A stretch of DNA of 64,000 bases, taken from NCBI RefSeq assembly GCF_009914755.1, contig NC_060925.1; one strand, 5' to 3'. Position 1 is the first letter of the stretch, and every line of letters begins with the position of its first letter. The translations under genes and the position numbers were made by a program. Positions 26,500-39,893 of the stretch are shown one piece after another. The notes below the pieces were generated by a model, which did not search any database, was not told the DNA's origin, and saw only the letters and a program-made list of their open reading frames with translations. The stretch is from the human T2T-CHM13v2.0 reference genome, Homo sapiens.

Positions 26500-28400
26500 A
26501 TTCTCCTAGTTTCCCAAGATGACTTGTGAGTCATTGTTATTCGATTTTATCCACTTTTAAGATTACATTATAGCTATATTTATAGTTGTCACCTACTGAC
26601 CTTTGAGTCAGCCATCTCCATTTACTGAGAATTTTGTCATATGACTATCTTCCTTTCCACACAGAAGCTATATATTCTGGGGACTTCATTATCCATAAGA
26701 ACAATTGATTCCAACACACAAGACTTAATGCTCTTTGCCTTCTTCTTCAATGACCCCTACTTTGCAGAAGGCTAGCATGGTTTAGTAGTCAGGCATAAGT
26801 GCTTCAATGCTAGAAGGACTCAGAAAGACTCAGGTACTTCGTAGCTGTGAGTCTTGGGAAAAGTTACTCAATCTCACTGAGCTCCAGTTTCCTCATCTGT
26901 AAAATGTTGATACTAATATGTGAAACATAAGCATGATAACCTATGGAAAATATTTACTATAGTGACTACTACACAGTGTTCAATGAATAGTAGTTTATAT
27001 TAATATTAATATTGTTATAATTAGCACTATTAATCTTGGCTATCCACCCATCATTGGTCATTCTTTGGCCCTTATCATCACCTGAAACTGCTAACTCCAG
27101 AATCTTAAATTGAGAATTCTCACATCTATGTGCCAATTTTTCCATCTCTAGTACTCTTTTATTTCCATTAATCCTGCACTTGACTCATTTAGATTCTTCA
27201 TCCTCTTCATTATCCACATTTACCAGCCTTGTCTTGGCTTGGCTTTGTTCCTTAATAAGCAGGATTCCTATGGCTCAACCCTTCAATTAGCAGCCTCATT
27301 ACCACTCTCTATTCCTTGACTTCCCACTACCCCCTACTCAAGTTTTCCATCACATCTTCCCTTCCAATCTCAATCCAGGTTCAGTCTACTTGTTTTCTGC
27401 ATTGTTATGGGGGTGGGGAAGGGGAGTGGTCCAAGTTCAGTCTATTTGTTTTCTGCATTGTTATGGGGGGCAGGGAAGGGGAGTGGGAGCAGGCAGGCTG
27501 CTGGAGAACACTGCTTAACCATCCTGCTGGCCTCTGTACATTTGTGATTTCAAGCCTGGAAGGGTATTCATCATGATTCAGCAAAGAAGTCACATGCCCC
27601 TAGTTAAGTCCCTTTTACAATCTCAATAGTAACTTTTATTTTCCCCTCAAGCATACTCCAACCCATGTTCTTCCTTCTCAATCTCAGCAGATAATCTTGC
27701 TTCACAGAGAAAAAGAGATGTCATCCTGGATACTAACTTATATCTATATCTACCCCATTTCCTTTTCGTTTTTAAACAGGAAGATACATCATTCCTCTTC
27801 TTCAGGGTAACTCTTTCATTTGTCCTCCTGGACCTGACTCTTCCATTTCCTCTCGTTACATTTGATCAATTATCTTCTACCTCTTGTGACTTCAATTTTC
27901 TTCCTCTTCAATGGTCCCTTTCCCTCAATCCACTGAAGTGTCCTTGGCTTCTCCATCCTTAAAACAGACAAACCTTCCCAATGATCACATCTACTTCCTC
28001 AAGCTTCTACCCACTAACCTCCCTTCATTACCAAAAGTATTTGAAAGAATATATTTACTGAACAAATGAAAATTGTTTTATTGGGTTTAGGCTTCTCTCC
28101 TGAGCACCAGGCCTTTTTTTTTTTTTTAAATGTATCTATATCTGACTCAGTTTCAACAAAGGAAATAAAACAGCTAATTCCACCAAACTGAAGAAAACTG
28201 ATGGATTTCACATCTCCAAATCCACTCCTCCACCCGTATTTTTTAAATTACGAGTAATTATCTGCATCCCCATTCACCCTCAGACAATCTAGAATCCTTA
28301 AAGCCTGCTTTGATTCCTCCCTCTCCTTTATCCATAACTACACAAGGCCTTTCTAAAATCTCTCACATCTGTCCCCTTTGCGCCTTCCTGGGATTATTAC
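26500..28400 (+). mobile_element. L2 fragments with MIR (~26770-27000)
   Basis: Pyrimidine-rich L2 ORF2-like text. MIR core ctccagtttcctcatctgtaaaatg. Confidence 0.6.
27374..27486. repeat. ~56-bp tandem duplication, G-rich
   Basis: tcca(g/a)gttcagtcta(c/t)ttgttttctgcattgttatggggg...gggaaggggagtgg x2. Confidence 0.92.
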
Positions 28401-28782
28401 TGTTGAGGTCTTTCTCATCTTACACGAATTGAAAGGGATGTTGTCAGGGTTAAATAAAATAATAAATGGGAATGTACTCTGTAAGTTATAAAGTAGTACT
28501 ATACAAAGAGTATCATACAAATACTATTACATCTTTGGCAAAGTAAGCATGAAGTTAGCTTAATATGACTTGTTCTTAAACAAATTCTGGGTCTTAGTAA
28601 TCAGTGCTTTCTTTTCTAATTACAAATCACTAAGCACTTGGCAAGCTGGTCTATAGTTTTTCTAGGAATCAGTCAGTGTCAAGATTTTCAATATATAGTT
28701 TCTGGACTTTACCTTCCTCTCCCCCCATTTTTAAATGTAAAATATGCAATTCTTCAGGTTTCTGGCAGAAATCTTCTATCCT

Positions 28783-29690
28783 CTTTTTTAAAAAAAGACT
28801 TTATTTTTTAGAAGAGTTTTAGGTTCACAACAAAACAGAGAGGCAATTACAGAGTTTCCATGTACACCCTGCTCTCTCACACATGTACAGCCTCCCCAAC
28901 TATGGACAGCCCCCCTAAACTGGTACATTTGTTATAATCAATGAACCTACACTGACAGGTCATTATCACCCAAAGTCCACAGTTTACATTAGGATTCACT
29001 CTTGATGTGGTATATTCTATGGGTATCGACAAATGTATAATAACATGTAGCTACCACTGTAGTATCTTCAGAATAGTTTCACCGCCCTAAAAATCTTCTG
29101 TGCTCTGCATATTCATCCCTCCTTCTCTTCACCACTAATCTTTTTACTGTCTCCATAGTTTTGCCTTTCCCAGAATGCCATACACTTGTAATCATAAAGT
29201 ATGCAGACTTTTCAGTTTGCCTTTTTTCACTTAGTGATATGCACTAAAGATTTCTTCATGTCTTTTCATGGTCAAGCCACTTTTAAACACAACTTTACAG
29301 GTATAACTGACATGTAACAAACCACATATTTAAAGTGCATAATTTGATATGTTCCAACATATGTGTACACCCATGAAACCATCATCAAATCAAGATAGTA
29401 AACATATCTAGTATCCCCTGAAGTTTCCTAGTATGCCACTGTTCTCCCTCTTTCCTGCCCCTTCCCTCTGTAACTTATCTCCAGGCCAGCATTGATCTTT
29501 CTTCCATTATAGATTAATAGGCATTTTCTAGAATTTTATAGATGGAACAATGCAGTATGTACTTTTTTTTTCTTTTTGGTCTGGCTTTTTTTCGTGCTGT
29601 GTAATTATTTTGAGATTTATCCATGTTGTTGTGTGATCTAAAGTTCATTCCTTGTTATTGCTAAGTAGTAATCTGTTATATAAACATTGC
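28783..29690 (-). mobile_element. Two L1M 3'-end fragments (L1MB/L1MC-like)
   Basis: Reverse L1M 3'UTR signatures, e.g. agttttaggttcacaacaaaa and ccatgttgttgtgtg. Confidence 0.75.
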
Positions 29691-30267
29691 TTTTTAAAGA
29701 TGAGTGGCAGTAGTTTTATAAACATTTCTAATATGTGTAGTACTCTACCCTATTGTTCATTTATTTCTTCCATTCAGTTAAAATAGTGAAAAGCTCTCTT
29801 ATGTCCTCATCCATTTTATGTTTTAATTTCAAAGAATCATATTTGAATGGAACAATGACTAGCCTTTTGAAAATTATTTGATTCCTTTCTTGATTAAGAT
29901 AATCAATTTTAAGCATTAATCTTTCATGTTATTAGGTAAGATTTTTGTTTTTCAGCAGTTAGACCTGGAAAGCCTTCAACATTTCCAAACGTATTGGACC
30001 TCTCTCATTACTGTAAACAAAGTTGGGGGATTAAGAGTTACAAAGCCAAACACTGGTGACACACAGCAGCAAAATAAAATAATATCAAAGACAATACAGT
30101 GCCCTCAAAGACTCCAAGATCAGTTTATAATTAGTTATTAATCTGACAGATTTTTATACATTTTTAAGATATATTTAGGTTGAAAATCCATTTTAAAAAA
30201 TTAGCTTATTTCCTGGTTCTTAAAGTGTAGACCTTAAATTCCAGAAGACTGATATATACATATATAT

Positions 30268-30402
30268 GTTTTGTTTGTTTGTTCTGTTTAGAGATGACGT
30301 GTTGCTGTGTTGCCCAGGCTGGACTCGAACCAGGCTCAAGCGATCCTCCCACCTCAGTCTTCCAAGTAACTGGGACTATAGGCACAAGCCATGGCTCCTG
30401 GC
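30268..30402 (-). mobile_element. FLAM/Alu monomer
   Basis: Degenerate single monomer. Confidence 0.8.
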
Positions 30403-30896
30403 TTCGGAGACTGATAGACTTTTTATCCAAGTTTTACAGGGCAAATTCTATTGCTACAAATACTATATAATTTGATTTAGAAGATCTTCATTTAACATGT
30501 GATGGCCCATTTATTTCAAGCCATCTTTACTGAAACAAAACAATTAGGCTAATCCCTGCATATTACTAACTTACCAGTGTTAAATGAAATTTATAGGAGG
30601 TCACTGGTTTAGACTGAGTTCCTCCTGCACTAGGGACAACAGATCAAATCAAAATGGAGTCACTCATGCTGAAGTTCCACTTCACCAAGCCAAAACTAAG
30701 TTGTTTATCTGACCTTCCAAGCAATCAGGAGAGACAGAGTTAGTAGTCAAATCCCAAACAGGCCAGTTGATATGATATGATATGACTGACATAAGGAAGT
30801 CCCATCTGCTTTAACCCTAATAAGAAAAGTAACTTTAAATGACCAATTTGCTTTTTCTTTTCTGTTTCTGTTTTCCTCACCCCTTTTCAGTGTATA

Positions 30897-31415
30897 CGGT
30901 AGTATCCCTTTATCCGCAGATTCATTTTCCAAGGTTTCAGTTACCTGAGGTCAACTGTGGTCTGAAAATATTAAATGGAAAATTCCAGAAATAATTCATA
31001 ATTTCAAATTGCACCCTGTTCTGAGTAGCATGATGAAATCTCATCCTGCCCTATAGTGTATATAGGATTCAGTACTATCCACCATTTCAGGCTTCCACTG
31101 GGGATCTTAGAACATATCTCCCCAAGGCCGGGTGCGGTGGCTCATGCCTGTAATCCCAGCACTTTGGGAGGCCAAGATGGGCAGATCACTTGAGGTCAGC
31201 AGTTCGAGACCAGCCTGGGCAACACGGTGAAACCCCATGTCTACTAAAATTACAAAAATTAGCCGGGCATGGTGGCAGGCATCTGTAGTCCCAGCTACTC
31301 AGGAGGCTGAGGCAGGAGAATCGCTTGAACCTAGGAGCCGGAGTTTGCAGTAAGCTGAGATCACCCCACTGCACTCTGGCCTGGGCAACACAGCAAGTCT
31401 CCATCTCAAAACAAA

Positions 31416-31456
<41 letters not shown>

Positions 31457-31482
31457 CCCTTCAAGATAAAGTGAGACTACCA
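30897..31482 (+). mobile_element. MER44A-like Tigger MITE
   Basis: TIRs cggtagt...gactacca flanked by TA dinucleotides. Internal ggtttcagttacc...aaatggaaaattccagaaat. Confidence 0.8.
31126..31454 (+). mobile_element. AluS with (CA)n tail, inside MER44
   Basis: Full dimer whose tail has become a CA microsatellite. Confidence 0.93.
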
Positions 31483-31718
31483 TAAAACCAACCACTTCTG
31501 CTCGGCTCATGAGAACACTTGTTCTATTTTATAAAATGAGGTGTTGCCTGATTCTACAATGGCAAAGGTGAAGTAAGATCTTTAAGCTAAATTTGTTGTA
31601 ATTTTGTCTTTTGACATTACAAAGTATTAAAAATGAGTCATTTCCTTTGTAATTTTGCAAATGGCCAAGTAAAGCCACACTTGATAACATTTTAGGGCTT
31701 AAAAAAAATCTTGAACTT

Positions 31719-32082
<364 letters not shown>

Positions 32083-32431
32083 TGTTGAACTTAAGCCGGC
32101 AACCAGATAATTCAGGAAAAGATTAATCAGATGAAGGTGTTCAAGTTAAATACAGCAACAGACCAAAAAGGTACTCTGAAATTCCAGACTATATGGCTCT
32201 CTCTACAACCGAAGCTAACAAACACACTATGTGAGTGCAATCAAACAAAAATAAAACTACAATTGGGAAAAGAATGACTAGGTTGGTCCAAAAGAATTAA
32301 GAAGAAAATAATCATGAAATCAAAGCTGGCAGTTTATGGGTGAAATTTTTAACCCCCTGGTATAGTCAAGGTAACGTAAAAAGTGTCTTCAAAACAAAGT
32401 CACTTGTGTTTACTACTAATAATCTCAGCTT

Positions 32432-32908
32432 TGACAAAAATTCTTTGCTTGGCCAAACTTACTCAGGCTTTTGAATTTTCTGTGAGGCCCATCTGTGCAC
32501 TTCCTTGTAAAATCCAGTATTAGCAAAGAACCCTGCTAAGTCTGTTTAGCATAACATCCTGGATATCTAATCATCCTAAATATCTGATCAGGTTCCTCAT
32601 CCTCCACCATTCCCCAGGTAATGTCTGATCGCCCTGGCCTGTCTTCAGCAAGAATCCCGTTAGGTCGGCTTAGCCAGAATCCCCCTTATCCCTGATGTTT
32701 CCTTTTAGCAATTTTCCATCCACGATCCCCACACTGCTGCTTGGCTATAAATTCCCATTTTCTCATGCTGTATTCGGAGTTGAGCCCAGTCTCCCTCCCC
32801 TACTGCAGGGCCCCACTGCAGAGGTCTCTATACCTATTGAGATGGTTCTGAATAAAGCCTTACTTACCATTCTTAAACAAGTATCATTGAATATTTTTTT
32901 CTTTAAAA
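32432..32908 (+). mobile_element. ERV1 solo LTR, MER31-like
   Basis: Starts tgacaaaaattctttgcttggccaaact, has an internal AATAAA, ends ttttctttaaaa. Confidence 0.75.
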
Positions 32909-32929
32909 ACGTGAATGTCTAATTTTATT

Positions 32930-34110
32930 GTCTTCTAACCAACTCCCACCCTTCTCCCCACCAAACCTACTCCTCTCGTAAACCTAATCTCAGTAAACAA
33001 GTACCCCATCTTTCTACTTGTTCGGAACTAAATTTTGGTGTCTTTTACATCTCTACCCTCAATTTATCCTGAAATCAATGACCTCTCACCACCTCCACCA
33101 ATTCCACTCTGGTCCAAGCTACATTATCTCTGGCCTGGATTAGGGCAACAGTTCCGGATTGGTATCCCAGCTTCTGCTCCTGCTCAACCCTTCCCCTACA
33201 ACAAAGTCTATTCTCCATCCAGCGCCCAGAATGATCATTTTTAAAAGGCAAGCCTGGGGCCGAGCGCAGTGGCTCACGCCTACAATCGCAGAATGTTGAC
33301 ACGCCAAGGTGGATGGATCGCTTGAGCCCAGGAGTTTGAGACCAGCCTGGGCAACAATGGCGAAACCCCATCTTTACAAAAAATTAGCCAAGCATGGTGG
33401 GTGATGTGTGCCTGAAGTCCCAATTACTTCAGAGGCTGAGGTGAGAGGATCACCTGAGCCTGGGAAGTCGAGGCTGCAGTAGGTTGTGATCATGCCACTG
33501 CACTCCAGCCTGGGAGACAAAGTGAGATCCTGACTCAAAACTAAAAATAAAAGGTAAGGTTCTTTACTCAAAGAGTGGACTCCCCTTTCCACTGAGAGTA
33601 GAAACTCAAGTCCTTAAAAGGGCCTACAAGGCCTTATACAGTCTAATCTCCCACCACACTCACCTCTTTGACTTTATTTCTACTCCTCTTTGCTTTTTCC
33701 ACCACAGCCAAATCAGCCTCTCTGCTGTCCTCAAACAAGCCCAGCACACAGGGCTTCTGCAAGCCCTTCTGCCTTCCTCTCTGCTAGCACATCCTTCCCT
33801 CAGAGAGGTACATGGATTACCCCTCACTTACTTCTGGTCTTGGCTCAAATGATATCTTTTCTAGGAAGCTTTCCCTGGCTGCCTCTAGTTAAAATTGCAA
33901 ACCTCTCCCGGTTCCCTGCCCTCCCTCTTCCCTGCCCTCCCTCTTCCCTGCTTTTTCTCTGTAGTACTTAACACCATCTGACACAGCACATATTTTATTT
34001 GTTTATTATCTGAGGTCCCCACTAGAATATAAGCTCCATGAAGGAGCAGATATTTATGTTTTCTTAGAAAAGTATCTGACACGCAGTAGGTGCTCAATAA
34101 ATATTTACTA
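32930..34110 (+). mobile_element. L2a 3' portion (Alu inserted)
   Basis: Ends gtaggtgctcaataaatattt. Confidence 0.75.
33258..33552 (+). mobile_element. AluJ
   Basis: J diagnostics gcttgagcccaggagttt and gaggctgcagt. Confidence 0.9.
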
Positions 34111-34879
34111 AATACATATATATAATTATATAGTTTGTGAAGTATTTTCATGCAAATTACAGCAATTCATTTTTCCTTATGCCCTCTCTTCTTCAAATTC
34201 TCCAATCTTTGTAGTAACAATATGGATGACAGCAAAGAGCTATCAGAAAAAGAGTTGTTGGCCACTTAACAAAGCTCTTTAAAACAGATACCCCATATTA
34301 ATCAACTACATCTATAAATTGAAAGCTTAAAGTCAACATCTTTATTAGCATAGATGAATCTAGGCGTGGAATTTTAAAATAATAGCGCAGAAGAGCCAAG
34401 AATCATCAGGAAGAAAAGTCTAATTCAGTTTGTCCTATCAATCTGTTAAACAAACAATAGGAAAATGCAACCTGCATTTGATCTTCAAGGAAACACTGGC
34501 CCAAATTCAACACGAACGCATTCAACACAAGATTCGACTCCCTTAAAATTTTCTATCTGCTTAAAACAAACCCCATTAACTATCAAGTGCCGTCGCTGGG
34601 TGTGTATGGTCTGCCGAGCGGATCGGGGATGTTTTGCTATGTTTTGTTTAACCAGATAAGAATTAGCGTTAAGGAAACGTTTCTTAAAGCCTCTGTATCC
34701 CCTGGACCATTAAACAACCCCTTCGTTGGGCTTTACACTGTGGTACCGGGGTCTTCTCGGGTAATTTCCCAGCTTATTTAACCCATCAGAAGCGAAGGGG
34801 CATCTCAGTCAGGCTCCAGTGATACCGGAGACAGACGGCAGATGTCTCAGGGGATCCCCTGGAAAGAGAGGCTCTCGCC

Positions 34880-35900
34880 CAGTCAAAGGGTGTCACGGAC
34901 AGGAGGAAAGAGCGGACCGAGGCGCACGGTGTAGGTGACAGGTGGGCGAGCGCCGCAGGGCAACAGCGCGGGGAGTGACCGGCTGGGTGGTGGCGCGGAA
35001 ACCGTCAACTCCCATCGTCAACCTGACAGCTTGGGCCCAGCTGGGCTGAGTAGTGCAGCGGCACAGGATCAAAAAATAAAATAAAGGTAGCAACACACCG
35101 CCGTCAGCCTGCTCGACCTCGCCCCCCGCGCGCTGCGAAATAAAGTTAGTGCCCAGTGGCCGCTGCAATGGCCCAGAGGGGCCCAGCCGAGCTCCCGCCC
35201 GCGGCTCGGCGGCTGTCAAAGGCGGCCCGGCGCCGCGAGAAGTCCCAGAGCCCAGAAGCCAGAGAGGACGCCCCGAGCTGGCGCGTCAGGCCGAGTGCCC
35301 TCGCGCCCTCGCGCCCTCAGCCCGGCGGTCCCGGCCCTCAACCCAGGCTGACTGCCACCAGCCCCAAACCGCCTCCCCTCCAGGCCACGCAGAGGGGCCG
35401 GGACCCGGAACCTTCTGCCGGCAGCGTCGGCGCCCGGCGGCCGCCTTTACCTGGTTTGTGGCAGCTGCGGCCGCCGCGCACTCCCCCTCTCCCGGAGAAC
35501 CCCGAGCCGACGCCGCTGCCGCCGCCGCCGCGCACTCCCCACCCCCGCCCGCCCAGGTAACCCAGGAAACCGAGAACACCACCCGCTCCCTCCCCTCGTC
35601 CGGACCCAGACCCGCTCGTCTGCGCGTGCGCCCTTGGCTCCGCCTCGCGCGTGTAAGCCCCGCCTCCTCTGGGAGGGCAGCGCCGGCGTCGCAGGCGTGA
35701 CGCGTGGAACTGCCGAGCCAATAGGGAAGGCAGGGGGGCGGGCCGACCCGCGGGGCTGCAGCCGGGGCCCGGTCTGGGTTTCTCAGCGGTCGGGGGTCGT
35801 ACCCTGGGTCCGCACCTCCTCCCAGGGCTCTGCGTAGTGGGCTGCGTCAGACCCTGGGGAGTGCGAGCACCGTTTGAGAAGCACCAAACACAAGCGCATC
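34880..35900. promoter_or_regulatory. LYST: CpG island / main LYST promoter
   Basis: Very GC- and CpG-rich. CCAAT at 35718-35722, GC box GGGGCGGG at 35735-35742, NRF1-like TGCGCGTGCGC at 35621-35631, CRE-like GTGACGC near 35697. No obvious TATA box. Confidence 0.92.
35451..35540 (-). other. LYST: LYST exon 1 (non-coding; TSS end approximate)
   Basis: Minus strand reads GCGGCGGCGGCAGCGGCGTCGGCTCGGGGTTCTCCGGGAGAGGGGGAGTGCGCGGCGGCCGCAGCTGCCACAAACCAG|gtaaag. It joins exon 2 to give the recalled LYST 5'UTR (ACAAACCAG-GTGAAGCTTTG). Confidence 0.9.
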
Positions 35901-36764
35901 GTCCGCCTCTTCCATTCAACACAGACTGTCAACCTGTCCCATTGTGTATGTCTAGAGGATGAAGATAGAAGAAATAACGGGAAGGAGTCAGGAGAGGGAG
36001 AAAGGGTTACCCACAAGGCACCCCTAGCCTTCCTCTGGGACCTGGAAAAAGCCATATTGTAATGGTTACCGTCGGCTTCTTTCAAGAAACAAAAAGAGCT
36101 TTGCAAAGCCACTGCAGAAGTAATTCAGTGCAGTGGTGTATTTTCAACCGACTCCTGTTCAAACACGGTTTGTATACAGTGCGCACTGTCAGTGTCATAT
36201 GCCCTAATAGACCAGTCCCTCCAGAGGGTGGGAGCTGTAGGTAAAATCCAGGATGTTTTGGCTGCATCCCCGGCTCTGGGCCCAGCACGCTGCTGGCAGA
36301 CTGCTGCGGTAGGCAGTTTGGCATTTCAAGGGCCACCCTCCTCACCTCCTAGTCACTGAGACAGCAACGCCAGAGGTACTGGGAAAAAGCCTGAACTGTA
36401 ATCGTTCGGTAGTTTTCAAGTTCTGCCAAACAATACAAACTATTAATAAGCAGATAATCTACAAATTGACAGGAATTGCTGTAGAATCAACAACTCCCAT
36501 AATTTTTTGCACAGGAATTATGAAATAGAAATAATTCAGGATATTATGTCCCAAGCCTATATACCAAATGTTACTCCCAATTCCTCAAACTCCCATCTAA
36601 CCCAATGACAAGCAAAGTGCGTTAAGTTGCCCACTGATGTGGTTTAGAGGGTGCTCTTGGGGAAAATTCCCCACTTTAAAATATGTCTTCTCTGACGTCT
36701 GATGTTTAACCATTAGCAGTTCATATCTTTAGGCGAAGATTGCCCACTTCCTCTGGCAGGTAGT

Positions 36765-36856
36765 CTTTTATTTTTATTTTTTATCTTTTTTTTTTTGAGA
36801 CAGATTCTCGCTCTGTCGCCCAGGCTGGAGGGCAGTGGCGGGATATCGGCTCACTG
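36765..36856 (-). mobile_element. Alu 3' fragment
   Basis: Poly-T plus the end of the right arm. Confidence 0.85.
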
Positions 36857-37274
36857 AACCCTAACAAGTGCAGGAAATAAATGTCTCAGGGAACTTATCA
36901 CTCATTTAAGCAGTATATAATGAGCACCTACAATGCGCTAAGTATTGTGCTAGGTGCATGTGCCTGAACTGAAACAAAAAGAGGAAGCCAAACTTAACCT
37001 GTTTCGTCATTTTACCTAAAGCTGTGTCTACTCTTATTTATACATCAACTTTCACCCACTAATCTTAAAAACACCCCCCTTTTTTAATGGACAAAAGAAG
37101 TCAAAGAAATATTAAGTAACAAGCCAGTTTCTGTTAACCTTGAGTAGAAAATAATAGATTATCATGATTTCATTAAAGCAAAGAAAATGAGACAGACTTT
37201 AGATGATAATGGTATACAATTGGCCCTCAAAGTATTATTTGTTTGTAAAAGGCACAAAGTAATGCCATTTGTGA

Positions 37275-37620
<346 letters not shown>

Positions 37621-37797
37621 TAAGCTACTGCAGTATGTATTTTATTCAATAGTATCTTAGAACATCGATACTAAATATACATATCAAATAAAACTTAGTT
37701 TAAAAGATTTCCTAGGAACACACACAAAATGTGTAGTGAAGAACATGAAAAAGAAGAAAAAAGTAAAGTAATAGGTATATAGAAGAAAGCTCTACTT

Positions 37798-38103
<306 letters not shown>

Positions 38104-38299
38104 GCTCTACTTACGCATGTATCACATGCTGGAAAACTTTTTAAGCAGGAAAGTCTTCAGCTAATTTGACTCCAGAATTATAATCTTCAATGAGATTGTA
38201 ACATCCCAGCTTAAAACAACACAGTCAACGTAAATGTGCATAATTTCACATTTAATTATTCTCCAAAACACCTTTAAAAATTATTTGTGACTAAATGGA

Positions 38300-39420
38300 T
38301 ATATAAATCAAATCATGTCACATCTCTGCTCAAAAATCTGCATTGGCTCTCCGCTTCTCTCAGATAAAAGCCAAAGTCCTTACAATTGGCCTACAGAGCT
38401 CTACACCATCTGGCTCCTCATAACTTCGTCTCTTTCTACTCTCCCATCACTACCTACATACCTGCTTCTTTACTGTTTACCAAACATGCCAGATACAGTC
38501 CTGCTTTAAGGGCTTTGCACTGACTGGCCGGCCCCTCTGCTTGAAATTTGTTTTCTCCACATGGCTGCAGTTGTTAACTCCTTTATCTCCTCCACATCTT
38601 TGCTCAAATTTCACCTCTCAATGAGGTCTACCCTCAATACTGCCCTTAAACTAGGCAAGAGGGGCCTCTGCCCTGGACCCCACACATGAATGGACCTCAT
38701 CTCACAAATGTTCCCTAAAACAATAGTATTAAAAAACATGTATGTTCTCTGTCCCTTCTTGGGGGGTGTGGGGAGGTGGGTGGCATTGGTGAGAGTTGAC
38801 ACAGTTGTTAAATCAAGTTTAGCCTAAAGCTGCCTCCTTGCATATTTTAAGTTCAGCCTAAAGGTTTTTCTGTACATCATGAGCTATAACAAATGAAGGT
38901 GTAAACAGGCCATAGCCCACACCTGTGTCAATCCCTGAGTTTTGGCCAATCAAATGTAGCCAACTGTTTGAACTGTGTTCTAATAAAGCAAACGCTGAGC
39001 TGCAACCAACCCAGTTGTTTCTGTACCTCACTTCCATTTTCTGTATGTCACTTTCCTTTTGCTGTCCATAAATCTCCCACCGTGTGGCTGCGCGGGAGTC
39101 TCTGAGCCTACCTTGGCTCAGAAGGCTGCCTGATTCACGAATTGTTTTGTGCTCAATTAAACTTTAAATTTAATTTGGCTGAAGTGTTTCTTTTATCACA
39201 GTGTAACCTGTAACTCTAAACATCATCTCTTTCATAGCACCCATCAGCTTCTAACATACTACATAATTTGTCTATTTCTTATGTTTATTTTCATTGTCAC
39301 CCCTGTTTAGACTATGGGCTCCACAAGGGCCACAATCTTTGTTCTATTTCTGATGTATCCCAAGGACCAGAACAGTGCCTGGCACTTAGTAGGCACTCAG
39401 TAAATATTTGGATAAATAGT
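38300..39420 (+). mobile_element. L2a fragments (LTR inserted)
   Basis: Ends agtaggcactcagtaaatatttg. Confidence 0.7.
38806..39198 (+). mobile_element. ERV1 solo LTR, MER57-like
   Basis: Starts tgttaaatcaagtttagcctaaagctgcc. 4-bp TSD cagt at 38802-38805 and 39199-39202. Confidence 0.85.
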
Positions 39421-39893
39421 TAAATTAAGAAAATTTTGTTGAAAATTCAAATAAATATCCAAACAGTAAGTTGACCATAATTTTGGAGCTGGACAATCTT
39501 AATGCCTACTGCAATGCATGGGAACAGAAATGGATTTGTGAAGTGGTAGAGGAATACAAGACTGCGATTTCAGCAATAGCAAGAAGGTCAGAATTATACA
39601 GATGAATAAAATTATGCATTTGACTAAAGACCTGCATCAATTTAATTTTGAGTGTCACTTTAATTTTGAAGTGCTTTACCTTATTAGGATGCATATACAT
39701 CTTTTACAATTGTGCGTCTTGGTAGCCACCTTGAAACTTTATTGAAGAGGTCAATTCATAATTAATGTCTTCATTAAGTTGTTACCAACATCCATTTCAT
39801 TTTGCAAAAGTTATCAGATTTGGTTTTAGTATGATTCTTTCATGTAATTTTCTCTACTAAATCACCAATAGCATTTGAAATCCCCAAAAGTAT

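Larger units (their letters stand above)
30578..31616 (+). mobile_element. ERV1 solo LTR (MER4 group; MER72-like, tentative) hosting nested insertions
   Basis: TGT...ACA termini and aaaatggagtcactcatgct motif. Sequence resumes after the inserted MER44. Confidence 0.7.

Noticed and set aside
35552-35562. Plus-strand donor CAG|GTAACC suggesting an antisense transcript
   Set aside because: A single motif with no identifiable partner exon. An antisense lncRNA cannot be supported from sequence alone.
34880-35900. TFEB CLEAR element in a lysosomal gene promoter
   Set aside because: I found no full TCACGTGA/CACGTG in the island, only half matches such as gtcacgg and cgtgacg.
34893-35922. Long ORFs (up to 194 aa) over the CpG island
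   Set aside because: Low-complexity Ala/Pro/Arg/Gly ORFs occur in several frames on both strands, as expected from stop-codon scarcity in GC-rich DNA. The region is promoter and 5'UTR.
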